Origin: a virus
Length of the DNA stretch: 64,000 bases
Strand: one strand, 5' to 3'
Virus record (IMG/VR): IMGVR_UViG_3300030012_002034
Coordinates: 1-64,000 of that record
Shown piece after piece: positions 13,301 to 21,100 of this stretch (its first letter is position 1; every line of letters begins with the position of its first letter). Under the pieces are notes generated by a model. The model was not told the DNA's origin. It saw only the letters and a list, made by a program, of their open reading frames with translations, and did no database searches. The position numbers were made by a program, and so were the translations under genes.

Positions 13301-13358
13301 CAGCAATATCTGTATATAAAGCTTTTATTTGCTCATTATCTAGTGCACACTTAATCAT
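1365..13358 (-). CDS. Giant virion-packaged DNA-dependent RNA polymerase (crAss-like, phi14:2 gp66-type) fused to zincin and nucleotidyltransferase-like domains
   Basis: 3997 aa. AKAGSDFDVDKL carries the catalytic DxDxD (6174-6188), preceded by GPRIP and PTEIV. Zincin motifs IYHEAWH (11001-11015) and VYHEQNH occur, plus NTase motifs near the C-terminus. It sits among giant genes after the tail module. Confidence 0.85.
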   Translation of the reverse strand: MIKCALDNEQIKALYTDIAGDMFENKNFDPDTYMQDIFDMVKEETGSAEQAAQFIQPIPKMISMIYIAEDDLSQDLDLNKLRKLSLEYLNPDTGIDLIVKNFSVDPKQVLFDAATNEQDNNNPVLVEQDPAKEPKKEIFRGQSDNPLTTTGQNLVKKKPNSNALEIQELDPSQTTIVNTLANLKLSNTLEGTGPQAFSYTDLSGQTKTLKLKFVRFDAFVTNSQTRDLLPASVQQEAIESFARLKRGDARKEVTQANERVIAIIADEFGQPVFFTEDGSYAESRSDGKVVFQFLRDVRTDKSGTKITDIYGKEERIMSPQALSKRLGITVEEAKEYLDERADILSKIKKEFLGKENKNHSMLVDIQGITEGMSDELVNPDISLDVLSKALNNSTNSNNDNNIKRVIQSIKISNNKTRNVNLSGSAYITLNGNNFALERYILTEELINEIAEVVTNPKFSKSERKAFLDQFLNNNVSKSQRNYKINTDGTFQIIDESGKKPIIIELSKDKLSNKAQRENAAKAVKTVLAKGYYWKNASLNNNSTNLAPANWRPTVGIYNEAIVQETKPFLRLIDGELVPTDFREFLMSIGDRINVKLNTLNPGFYNMSIAFKNPYSALNESLSKAKEVVDAQNLTEILETEDDVPWYTDEELKKIEEEKRKESASKENQNKADNIDSNLEPNPNQNVTNSSGRLLERFKKEGDWSSLKREGYDPDNVTKKQIEDAVKWWSTSPLSKVISLEKITDIVNSGQFAEFVVNASALSDSTLGTIKVFDKGTAVDIYHEAWHGFSQLYLTPEQRKALYDEVRNSNAKYKDYSNYQIEEILAEEFRSYAKNPKIKKNRPKRNTIFRKILNFLKALFGKAFKNSSKAANIDVMSIPAVNELYSRLYLSSSDPSLLADYTPSVKNSEFLQLNRGIRQVDNRREDALNDADSKLIVSTMDSLFSEVVDELSKDMAKAGEKSSKSTTLNLVLNPQNRKIVVEEVREKLKKILKTNTDKLARETKMPSFDAIDSMKDIKENAVAVLEAVDPETGERTPASDKYFFFRSQVNSFKNLNADIKRGERSFGENFYGIDIISDFYTHKNIKSGKNPVGIIVANNITEVIKQTSNLKSRAKKYGELQILENKLPEIEITRDQQNLLNKIRILETALGNWTTSKQGTLKYYYDNSTFPILNKNILEEEALEEDEQDSNDPSSEKFGKEIGKKSLVEMAEREVIYILKSLHKVDANGNTSKNYLGVNELADFKRVWATLTNRISGIKNPMKMYQEIEKASEEFPELKQLIKYKLPKPENTTNEFEFDAIASFWQTFKKSAIKYYQLSVFKDGNVEVTESDIDTDAILRDFQRMFKTKNANEYISIVEGTNTPMLNLDALVKRFDKKGLREEDYYEFLNTLGIELDDIQRIKTELTNVENESKFGIPFIFQTVKDFNELEYRDNLTEKQFEYLYKFKQNPVETLVDDIPAGVLLSKNLKRGVSQSGSIKELAKLQSKYGSVSKNYGLLAADGERIFPHVLDSNMTMTVAGLNELGNLRNDTWQKTNSNKEESEYDFLSYLNPNINPFTKRSHLLNSVYRVKEGTFDKRANKTFDLFITSGINIQDNKTNSKVTSDLTDVEKFTQDMHTLLLNGIKENTRPADKKASYGLKVQGGLMKTQGTDKNLYVDIDMFNQESEDPGISEGMRYSIDKLFIPAMAVEFDRIKMFDANKELYLRLAGYNRPIGNRYAGNTFTAFDNILRDSTKNELYKLQLDPAVKIENYLMTDEGSALNKKIRADIMEYIQNRVKNNITNYYNKAPYLSKSLKEKSGVENYNSTDPKVKKQLINTLMSAYTINNWIHNFEVIHLLHGNMVQFDHSKEHMQKRTPGGQSGGEGFLYDQNAINFINEVWNQKSYASRLSKEGIAPFQYRGKLNTAIIKDSEKDSDFIDEIKKALEADYKERFPKLSQKEIDKLVNTDADTYLGMEESDGHGYITFDAYRTLKKLQNKWTNEQENLFQRIANGETISPRQINTYFPVYKLHHYGALDFNEAVVTSMHKFALSPIIPGSSSKQKEKLHKQMMKEGIQYVTFESGNKVGGISSNEEANSDDIYTDNTQTEIKDLVEGETMFTPNTIYMQNLKEVTKVNDQYKGKVTFPTQLRGILLDGLFERGGSISAQARKAVSNYTNAVNKYNNILKDELLAQIDFKYDAEQDKYISKGNMTNLMRLLQNEMEQKNLPYNLLKLINTTPSGEKFIDLSIHPKSDDVMKALLGIIQKRLVKQKVYGEPLIQTPVTLDKDLWLSPGEENGTNGLQYYRIDPKTGKTLPAQAVIALQGDFINLLNLKHNDGEPIGNIDRLNEMIKDEVWLNKADHRESITILGPRIPIDATNSNEIFEIYHFLNPQEGNKIIVPTEIVAKAGSDFDVDKLFELFPKIDRQGNLIKTVLSKDDLQAEIEKGEESTSKILGRQKDALHNELVRSIKDVLLLKDNYVNLVRPNNIHLVKRAVETLEEAEEGYDRFENVFDEERTNQKGNKSISPTRTLELGYNLYQHKVNLVGAITLGIVALKNKMHPIYKQINFQMPGIFTMKFNHNTTNGAISLAGKYNTEGENISEIFSHLLNAILDRAKDPFTFTLGATPESINVLNYMIEAGVPSDTVFTFLNQPLVKEYIQEIAKLNGPYSVLHPTSGKGSAEQRALSNVLSRIVDPKVAMEITARVNKFNKATNPKAKMVGNLAKAIETSPNVVSELLFRDLGVTENLTQDRLEKGLKKDITSKESLAMLAQYYNIQRQTQGLREIQSISTPDTTFIKTAQQVNKQYSALQMIYDRRDLNPESVRKLLEESILSGFNVNDIMYDITSEVFDLNFSNDINSFITGKLLGYRQNKALKARFGKGVDGEEVFTASFTNAISDYLLQNLLSRETDAKGNIVIYPEFSNNLPVNVSDTNKEAISLKDGIIYVNDTKLKDRYEKRRGKGFAFNITFDDYGTYVKYKLKEVFVKNKYSDKSKITNFRYKQFLKENKKTAYIKFIAERSLMNSYNRSFIMGTSDISYSQLILDTINQFGLDKYFEIADNLSLASLPLENSEKVLDLNNRDVVSNDPDLADKYNNEIKQLANVSISKVKDLQTNEDISQIFNLFSLNMIYQHGKGFSRLNFNNVIDTSAYISLMKTASQNFLDTTNKNFLDGYSITAELNDIYNRMLSSRNFQNYLTDNPVEPVIEESFDSEIDFQEQGEFENPPITDASNVLKRNIYELVPNFNNDVTFQNKLYNDYVALITKVPGRKEMTKEKFLNFIKRLSVYKFKDTYMFGNYDYDNAVFVNRVTSSPSSKQFLAEAIPAIVDSGLDFIHFVPKDVRDKYKRSGYTVSTRGFRHNLRGEEMTKYLATSNPNIVSRIFGKQEEGILNSKGDIGVLTGAELKEYNDSIFDIVQSVPKGEVINTPVNIDGASIKKAGKDTSKVLETYLKSFGIKVKDINQIKSKLAIDDIGFADILNKVAYVKDRDALPDVAGEFIAYMMQYNPLVKDIIRELAGTTDYRSIKDKDKYFKIVGKLINEDLRNKSKGEYSKSLLGKIAQLVKQFFKTLREGVNIELINTNIGIITNNILQQNVDLITGNKYKPGEYGKPTKLVTIEQALETDKFGSSIVKRLSKEGFILTGSTALAEQGTVLRPEENPLHDIDWISPFTRTETKSKFEKVYPDAVFLRDIEGEGYVTDTYMLPPAGYKISNFRTVTVQAKDGTSRVMLENYDVVNKKTGKVEGTYRIETTDYVGKDQKTYTKSEEVIEGVEAKAIDFFSYEKYNQKKPFDYTTKDGDVIQLANWTDVFTAKLKFARLKDLWDYNRYIPNVVEEDAQPAGETGTLGEINYTIDRNLKNKNGTKRLAGTDGKTIKLNPVESVDEFFEYFTGAKKGITSEQKKQVLKMFDDFNISLDDMKKILNTTDKINDFLVYHEQNHIDNNDISVYWKEGKDLLTPDKLKMEFRATYEALRRVMNEEEKARFDISIDLASQYYADQGGYQVGNGPFIKFTGKTCT

Positions 13359-16300
13359 TTTCCTCTCTTTTTACACTTTATTAGATCTTTTAAACTACTC
13401 TTTCTTTCTTCTTTATTCTTTTTCTTTGCATCCTCTCTTGCTTTAGTTTGAGATTCAGGATCACCTAGAAAATCTTCACTAACTTTCTTAGATTGTTTAA
13501 CATCTGTTTTTTCCTGTTTAGTCATAGGTTTTGTTTTTTCTACTTCAGTGTTTACTAAAGCTGGTAATGTATAGTTCTTTTCTAGTTCTCCAAATGTAGC
13601 ACTATATTTTTTATTTTTACCATTAATAACTATGTTTAATTCTGCACCATCTTTGGTCATCTTTTCTATAGTCACAGTAGAGTTTGTAAGCTTGTCATAG
13701 TTCCATTTACCTGGGCCTAGTTTTGGTCTTATCTTACCTGTTACAATAAGAGTAGTTCCTTCTTTATAGATCTCACTCTTAGGAATAGCTGGACCGTCTA
13801 GTGTTGTTTCTTCTTTTTTAGTTGATACACTAAGTTCTTTAAATCTTTCTTCAACCAAGGGGAATAAAACTTCTTCTTGAATTTGTATAGGAATGTTACC
13901 GTATTTAGAAGATAGATCTAACATAATGTTAGACAACTCATTAGCTTCTGCTTTAGCAATAGCAGCTTTTGCTTTCTCTACTCTTTTATTAATAGCTTCA
14001 TTCTCACTTAATTCTATTTTAGTAGCTTCAGGATCTTGTTCACCTTTTTTAACTTCAGGTTTAACAGGAGCTTTTTTAGTTTCTTTTTTAGTTTCTACAG
14101 GAGTTTCTTCTTTTTCTGCAGCTACTTGTTTTTCCTTCTCAGCTATTTCTTGCTTAAGTTCTTTTATTCTTGCTTCTATTTGTGGAGTACCTAAGTTCTT
14201 TTCAACTAGTTTTTCTTCATTAGCTAGTGAAGCTTTTAAAGCATCTACCTCTTGTTCTAGTTTAGATTTCTCAGGAGCTTTTTCAGGAGCTTTCTTTTTA
14301 ACTTCTTCTTTAACACCAAGTTTCTTCTTAATAGATTTAAAGTTATCTCTTATATAACTATTAATTAAGTTATTCTTTTGTTGTTGACTGGTAGATTCTT
14401 TATATTGAGTACCATAGTCTTCATCTTGTTGCATCTCTTCAAAGACTTCTTTATAAACTCTAGGAGATAATCTTCTTAAGTTTGTAGCAGTAGGATCATT
14501 TGTAAATCTTCCAATACTAGTTTCTTGATTCTTTTCAAAGTTTTCAACTAATTCTTTTTCAAGAGCTTCATATTTCTTTTCTATCTTAGCAACTTCTTTA
14601 GCATCTCTTTCTATAGTTGTTGTATATCTTATAGCCTTTTCAAAACTATCATCCATCTCATTAACAATCTCTCCAGCTTGGTTAACTAAGTTTCCATTTT
14701 CTTTTCTAAGAGTTACCTTATCTTTTGATTGAGCAATAGTAGCTACTATTCTTTCTCCTTCTAATGCTTTAGATTGTATAGCTCCTATTTTAAAACTTGT
14801 TAAAGGTCTTTCAGGTAGTATAACTTCTACCTCTACTTGTTTTTCTACTCCTTCTAATGCTTCAATTTCTTTTCTTTTTCTTTCTTTAAGCTCATTTATT
14901 TTTTCTTGTAAGAAATCTTTTTCTCCTGCTTCTTCTTCTACAGATAGTTTTTTAAGATCTTTATTTTGAATTAATAAGAAAAGAGCTGCATTATATTCTT
15001 TAGTACCTTTAGTGTATACTTGTTTAGTACTATTTTTAATAAAGTATTCTGGCAACACTCCTTCATCCATAAATAATCTAAATGCTGCAGGCTCCATAAG
15101 TAAATTATACTGAGAATATAATGCATTTAACACTGCATTATTTTCTATATCTGCTATCTGATTATTTACTATATTATCAAAGTATTCTTTTTTATTTTCA
15201 TAAACCCTGGTCATCCACTCTTCATTTCTCTCAACATGATTTAAGAAACCTTTAGGGTTATGCATAAGATTTACATAATAAGCAAGTACTTGTTTTTCAT
15301 CTTCTAGTTTAGAATAATCAACTACATCTTCAAAAGCTTTTTCTATTTGTTCATCAAATACAATTTCTTTATTACTATCAGCAATAAAATTAATATACTT
15401 AGAGAAAGCTTTTTTGAATTCAAGCGTAACTTTATTATCATTAGTTTCATTTCTTTCTAATACACCTTCCTTCTTTAACTTTGCTATATCTTCTTTGTTT
15501 ACAGGAACATCTTCTACAATCTTACCTTTATCATCATAAACTTTTTTTCTTCCTTCCTCAACTACAATCTTATCTTTCTTAAAATACTTATTAAAAGTTT
15601 CTTTTGCTTTTTGAAACTCTTTTAAAATTTCTATTTTTTCATTATTCTTTTTAACAATCTTTTTAGACTCCTCATCTGTTAGTCCTTCAAGTGAAGAATT
15701 TTCTCCTGTAAGTAAACTTATTTCTGCAACTAATGCATCTTCATCTAGCATTACCTGAACATCATTACTAGTTATGTTCTTTAAAGGTCCTTTTGCAGTT
15801 AGATTATTAGCAATGCTTACCATTCTTTTAGCCACATCATTATAAGATTCACGGTAAAATACAGCTTGTTTTTTAGCTTCTCTCCATGCCATATGTAGCA
15901 TTGCAGCTTGTTTATATTCTTGTGAGTCTGTATCAGGAAATTTACTAAGATCTACAGGATCAGGAAATCTCTCTTCATAGAATTCATAATGTCTTTTAAT
16001 CTCTTTAGCATTATCTATTACTGTATCAATTTTAGACTGATATTCTTCTCCTGTTCCTTTTTCAAAACCAAATGTTTTTTCAAACTCATCTGCTGGAAGT
16101 TCTTTCATTGAATCTAAATGATCAATAAAAATATCAAAAGATCCTTTATCTAAACTCATATTAACCATAGAAATAAGAGCTTCATTTTCAGCATCTCCTT
16201 TTTCTTTAGTAGTACCGTTTTGTTTTACTTGACCTACAGCATTTTGTACAGAGTAGTTAAATAATCTAGAGTCAAATAGTTTTACAGGATCTGCATATAA

Positions 16301-18190
16301 AGCATTCAAACTAGCAGCAGCTTGTTCGCCAAACTGTTTTCTTACTTTTTTGTATTCTTCATATTTTTTCTTATCTCCAAAATATTTATTATATCCTTTA
16401 CTCATTGCAGGTATAGCAGCATTTAATGGTCCTGCAAACATACCCATGAAGAAACCTGATGCAAAAGTTTCAAATCCTTGTTCACCAAGTTGACTAGATA
16501 CAGCATTTTGAAAGTATTGTTTTTTTGTAGCGTAGTCATAAGAACCTTCAGCAAAATGAAATGCTTCTCTATTCTTTTGTTTAAATGAATCTACAAAATA
16601 ATTTTCATAATAATTAGAACTTATCTCTTGAGCAACTTCTTGAAAACCTTCAGTAAAGTTAGCTTTAAAATAACCTAGTCCTCCTTTTATAGATTTTCTA
16701 AGAGGATCCTTAGCAAATGATTTTAAAGTGTTTGTTAGACTATTTTCTGCATATTTAAACTTACCTCCTATACCTCCTTTTTTAGGAGTCCATTTTAAAG
16801 ATCCGTGTTTAAAAGATTTAATGTCATCAATCTTAGATCCTAAGAAACTTCTTATACCACCTTTTGGTCCTGTTATATTTGGGAATACTAATTTATTAGT
16901 ACCAAAAATTAAAGCAGTATTAAATGCCATATTTGAAGTAGCTGCAGTATTAGCTTGTTGAGTAAAGTTCCATTGAACATCATTATCTGGAGTTACTCCA
17001 TTAGCTCTATAGTAATCTTCATAAAGTCTATTATATACTTTATTTTTTGTAAAGCCTCCTTCCAATCTAGATTCTGCAAGAGCCATGTTTACATTTCTTA
17101 CATCTCTATAAAATGCACCTACTGTTTTTGCACCTTTAGCTAAACTAGTTAGATTATCAACTTTATTAAAAGATCTTACAGCATCTATAGTATTTTCAAT
17201 AGGATTAACAAGTCTTCCTACTGAACTCATAGCTCTACCTGTTCTAGTACCATTCCAAAAAGTTTTAGCTCCTTTATATGTGTTTACACTTTTTAATGTA
17301 TTATTAATACCTTTAGCCATATCAACACCGGTTCCAATACCTTTTATAGATTTTAATCTACTTCCAAGTTTTCCTAATACAGCTCCTGTTCCAAGTAAAC
17401 TAGCTCCTCCTGTTGCGGGAGCTAATAATCCAAGAGCAGCTTCTTCTACTAGTGCTTCAGTCATAATACCAGCAGTGTATCCAAAGTTCATCAGTGTATT
17501 ATTAAAGAATGCACCAAGTCCACCTTTAGTTGACTGTCCAATTGCTGCAGCTCTTTCATAAGCTTCAGCATCTTCTGTATCAGGAGAAAAGTCAAATTCA
17601 GTTACTATCTTGTATAAACTTTTAGGACCAGAAACAAAACCTCTAGTAGCTAATGGTAAAAAAGAATTAGACATCATTCTACTAAGATCATCCCAACCTG
17701 TAGTATGTTTATTATATAAAGATTCATTATCACGGAAAGGATGAAATCCTAACTCTTGTATTTTCTCACTTCCATAACCTGCATATCTATCATAGAAAGC
17801 ATCTCCATCAGGTCCATCATTATAAGAATATATCTTACCATATGTATTCCTCTTTTGGATAGTGCTTGTAAGTGCTTGCACTTCTCTTCCTAAATTTTGT
17901 GCATATGCTACTCGTGCTCCATAAGAAGTATCAATATCGTCAGGATCATTTTTAACTTTTTTTACAGGAGGTTGATTAGGAGGGTTACCTACAACCTTTT
18001 GTCTTACTTGTTGCTGAGGTCTATATAAACCTGTTGGTGGAGTAATAGGAATCTCAGATTGAGGATCAATAATATTATCTCCTTCAAATGCTTGATAACT
18101 TGTTGGATCAACATTAGTAGGATTTAGATTGCCGTATTGTGGTCCTAACTCATCAAGTGGACTTACTGGTATGTTTTCTTCCTCTGCCAT
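13355..18190 (-). CDS. Large virion cargo/ejection protein
   Basis: 1611 aa. Gly/Ala-rich hydrophobic stretches (AALGLLAPATGGASLLGTGAVLG; FASGFFMGMFAGPL), an EGFQE motif and a charged coiled-coil C-terminal half. Directly upstream of the RNAP gene. Confidence 0.65.
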   Translation of the reverse strand: MAEEENIPVSPLDELGPQYGNLNPTNVDPTSYQAFEGDNIIDPQSEIPITPPTGLYRPQQQVRQKVVGNPPNQPPVKKVKNDPDDIDTSYGARVAYAQNLGREVQALTSTIQKRNTYGKIYSYNDGPDGDAFYDRYAGYGSEKIQELGFHPFRDNESLYNKHTTGWDDLSRMMSNSFLPLATRGFVSGPKSLYKIVTEFDFSPDTEDAEAYERAAAIGQSTKGGLGAFFNNTLMNFGYTAGIMTEALVEEAALGLLAPATGGASLLGTGAVLGKLGSRLKSIKGIGTGVDMAKGINNTLKSVNTYKGAKTFWNGTRTGRAMSSVGRLVNPIENTIDAVRSFNKVDNLTSLAKGAKTVGAFYRDVRNVNMALAESRLEGGFTKNKVYNRLYEDYYRANGVTPDNDVQWNFTQQANTAATSNMAFNTALIFGTNKLVFPNITGPKGGIRSFLGSKIDDIKSFKHGSLKWTPKKGGIGGKFKYAENSLTNTLKSFAKDPLRKSIKGGLGYFKANFTEGFQEVAQEISSNYYENYFVDSFKQKNREAFHFAEGSYDYATKKQYFQNAVSSQLGEQGFETFASGFFMGMFAGPLNAAIPAMSKGYNKYFGDKKKYEEYKKVRKQFGEQAAASLNALYADPVKLFDSRLFNYSVQNAVGQVKQNGTTKEKGDAENEALISMVNMSLDKGSFDIFIDHLDSMKELPADEFEKTFGFEKGTGEEYQSKIDTVIDNAKEIKRHYEFYEERFPDPVDLSKFPDTDSQEYKQAAMLHMAWREAKKQAVFYRESYNDVAKRMVSIANNLTAKGPLKNITSNDVQVMLDEDALVAEISLLTGENSSLEGLTDEESKKIVKKNNEKIEILKEFQKAKETFNKYFKKDKIVVEEGRKKVYDDKGKIVEDVPVNKEDIAKLKKEGVLERNETNDNKVTLEFKKAFSKYINFIADSNKEIVFDEQIEKAFEDVVDYSKLEDEKQVLAYYVNLMHNPKGFLNHVERNEEWMTRVYENKKEYFDNIVNNQIADIENNAVLNALYSQYNLLMEPAAFRLFMDEGVLPEYFIKNSTKQVYTKGTKEYNAALFLLIQNKDLKKLSVEEEAGEKDFLQEKINELKERKRKEIEALEGVEKQVEVEVILPERPLTSFKIGAIQSKALEGERIVATIAQSKDKVTLRKENGNLVNQAGEIVNEMDDSFEKAIRYTTTIERDAKEVAKIEKKYEALEKELVENFEKNQETSIGRFTNDPTATNLRRLSPRVYKEVFEEMQQDEDYGTQYKESTSQQQKNNLINSYIRDNFKSIKKKLGVKEEVKKKAPEKAPEKSKLEQEVDALKASLANEEKLVEKNLGTPQIEARIKELKQEIAEKEKQVAAEKEETPVETKKETKKAPVKPEVKKGEQDPEATKIELSENEAINKRVEKAKAAIAKAEANELSNIMLDLSSKYGNIPIQIQEEVLFPLVEERFKELSVSTKKEETTLDGPAIPKSEIYKEGTTLIVTGKIRPKLGPGKWNYDKLTNSTVTIEKMTKDGAELNIVINGKNKKYSATFGELEKNYTLPALVNTEVEKTKPMTKQEKTDVKQSKKVSEDFLGDPESQTKAREDAKKKNKEERKSSLKDLIKCKKRGK

Positions 18191-18191
18191 A

Positions 18192-21100
18192 TTATAAGTA
18201 CTTACTTAATTCACCTGCATAAAGACCCTCAGCCATTGATAAACTTTCAACATCAGGAGTCATTCTACTATAAGGACCGGTTTTCAAATTATACAAAGCT
18301 TGTTCACTAGGATTTCTTTCAAATCCTCCTATGCCTCTACTTCTTAATTCTTCTCCTGCTAATAATGATTCACGGTCAGTTAATCTATCTTTTGGATCTC
18401 TTTTACCTGATTCAACATCAACTCTATCAGCCCATTTTACAGGACCTTGATTTGAATATCTATTAGTTATAATAGTTTCTTTCATATCTTCCCAAGTTTC
18501 TATTTGTTGATTATTCCAAGTTGCTTTATCTTTATTAGGAAATAACTTATTAAATACTCTGTTATTTGTCTCTTCTAAGTTTTTCATGTATTGTTCCTGT
18601 TGAACATATACTTGATCCCAATCACCTGAATTATATGTACCAGGTTCAGTTTGAACTTTATATCCTTGATCAGTTAAAACCAGCATGCTTAATTCAGTTG
18701 TATAACTTTTAGTAAGCTTATCATACTTAATATTATAAGATGCATCACCAGGTAGTTCAAATGTTTTACCTTCTGGACCTGCATTTCTAATAGCTATGTC
18801 TATAGCATCTTCTCTAGATCCCACTGCTAGCGCATGATCAAATGTACCTTTAGCACCAGTGATTGAGAAGCCATTTGTTTTTAAACCAGCTGCTACTTCA
18901 GGAGTAAATAGTTTTGTTTCATCTTCTGTTTTACCAGTATTATCATCTATCCATTTTGGATCTAACATAAGTATTGTAGCTTCTTTACCTATTGAACCAT
19001 GAGATACTCCAGAATATTTAATCGTATGACTTAAATTATCTGTTCTTTGTTGAGCAAGATATGCATTAAGAACTCCCGGAGCTATTTTATTAAACGCTTC
19101 TTGTTTTTCTGTCATATCACCATCAAACTCATCAGGATTCCCAAGACCTAGATATGAATAAGATAAAGGCTCAACGCTTTGACTAATATCATTTTGTACT
19201 TGTCTAGTCACTTCTGCCCCATAACCCAATCCTGTTCCAACGTCTATAGCTGTACTAAAGTCACTATGTACTCCTGTACCCTTTGAAGTTACTCCTAAGT
19301 TTTCCATTATTATAGGAGGAACACCTTTACTTCTTTTTTCACTAAATTCTTTCCATTTTTGTGTAACATAATTAAAAGGATTTTCTTTACCAACACCAAG
19401 AGCATCTCCAATGAATCCTGATATGCCATCTCTACCACTTAATCCTTTATATCCAGTGAAATTTTCTATTATTCTACTTCCATAATCAAAAACTTTAGCA
19501 CCAGGAAAAATAGTTTGAGCAACTTCTTGCTGCTTTTCTTCTAAAAGTAATAATGGCGCAATTGAAGTATTAAACATAGGTTCTCCTTTTTTACCCATTC
19601 CAATAGCTTGCATTGAAAGATTATTTAAAGGAATTCCGGCAGCATTCATTTCTTTTATAAATTCATCTTGAGTTCCACGACTTGATGTCTCCCAATCTTT
19701 AACTGTTTGTATGTTATCTTGATGAGCTGAAATATCTGCTTTTTCCTTAAGACTTATCATACTAGCTAAATCAGTATTATTAATATAACCACCTATATTA
19801 TTTTTTAAATCTTTATTTTGTTTTGCATAATTGTCTATTCTTTCATAAAGATTTAAAACTGCTTTACTATTTGATTTAACATATTTATCTTTTTTAAGAT
19901 CAGCAAAAGTTTGTTTAAAATCTCTTCCATCAGTAAGATATTTATAATCTTCAGGACTTTCTGTTTTTATAAATTCTAAGAAGTCCATAGTTTTTTGTTC
20001 TTTCGGCAAAATAATAGAATTAATACCTTTTGCTTGTTGAGCTCGTACAGATTCTGCCGCTTGCTTAATTTCTACAGCATCTATACTATCATCTGTTGTT
20101 CCATCCATACTTGTTGTTTCTGAACTTGCTCCTTTAAACTCTTCTTTTTCTCTTAGAGCAGGCATTCCAAATTCATCTTTATTAACAACCATTTCTATTT
20201 GCTCTGTTGCAGCAGGTAAATCATTATATACATCTTGTGGAGTAACAATAGCATTAGGATCCGTTTTTCTTTTTTCTTCTGTTGCTTGTTGAGCCATTGT
20301 AACTAACCTTGGATCATCTTCATAAACTTTAACACCGTTGACTACTCTGAACTTCTTTTCTACAATATCATTCTCATAAAGACCACTATCTAGTAATGCT
20401 TTATTTTCTAATTTTTTATTAGCTATTGCTTCTTTTCTTGCTTCTTTATTATATTTAATTCGATCATCAGATAGCTTGTCTCTTCTCTTTTGTTCATACA
20501 TTGCTCTTTGGTTGCTAAACTTTCTACTTTGTAAAGCTAAAGCATTTCTAAACTTTTCTGCTTGTAGGGCATAAGGATTAGTTTTTATAGTTTGACTATA
20601 TCCTCTCATTGACTGAATCTGAGCTGCTTCATCTAAATCTTTTCTCATTAACATTTGAGCAACACCCCCATCTACTTTTCTTCTTAATGCATCAACATCA
20701 CCATATGGATTCTCAAACCCTGAAGATGTGGTAGCAGTACTTGAACCATTTTTAAATTGCTCATACTCTTTTTCAATTCTTTGTAAACTTTGACTATTAA
20801 TATCTCTGTTCATCTTAAGATCTTCAAGCATCATTAACTCTTGAGGACTACCTTTCTTAGATTTCATTTTTTCTTCTAAGGCAGCAATCTTATCATTATA
20901 TTTCTGATCTCTATCTTTTAATCCTAAGTAATATTTTTTATTTTGATTCTGAAGTATCTTATAATTATTCTCAAGATATTTCATTTCAGCTGCATTCTTA
21001 TCTCCTCCAAACTGAGCGGCATTACCAAATGCATAATCTTTTCTATTTACATAAGATTGAGTTTTATATACAGCTTGTATTCTAGGATCTTTTCCTAATT

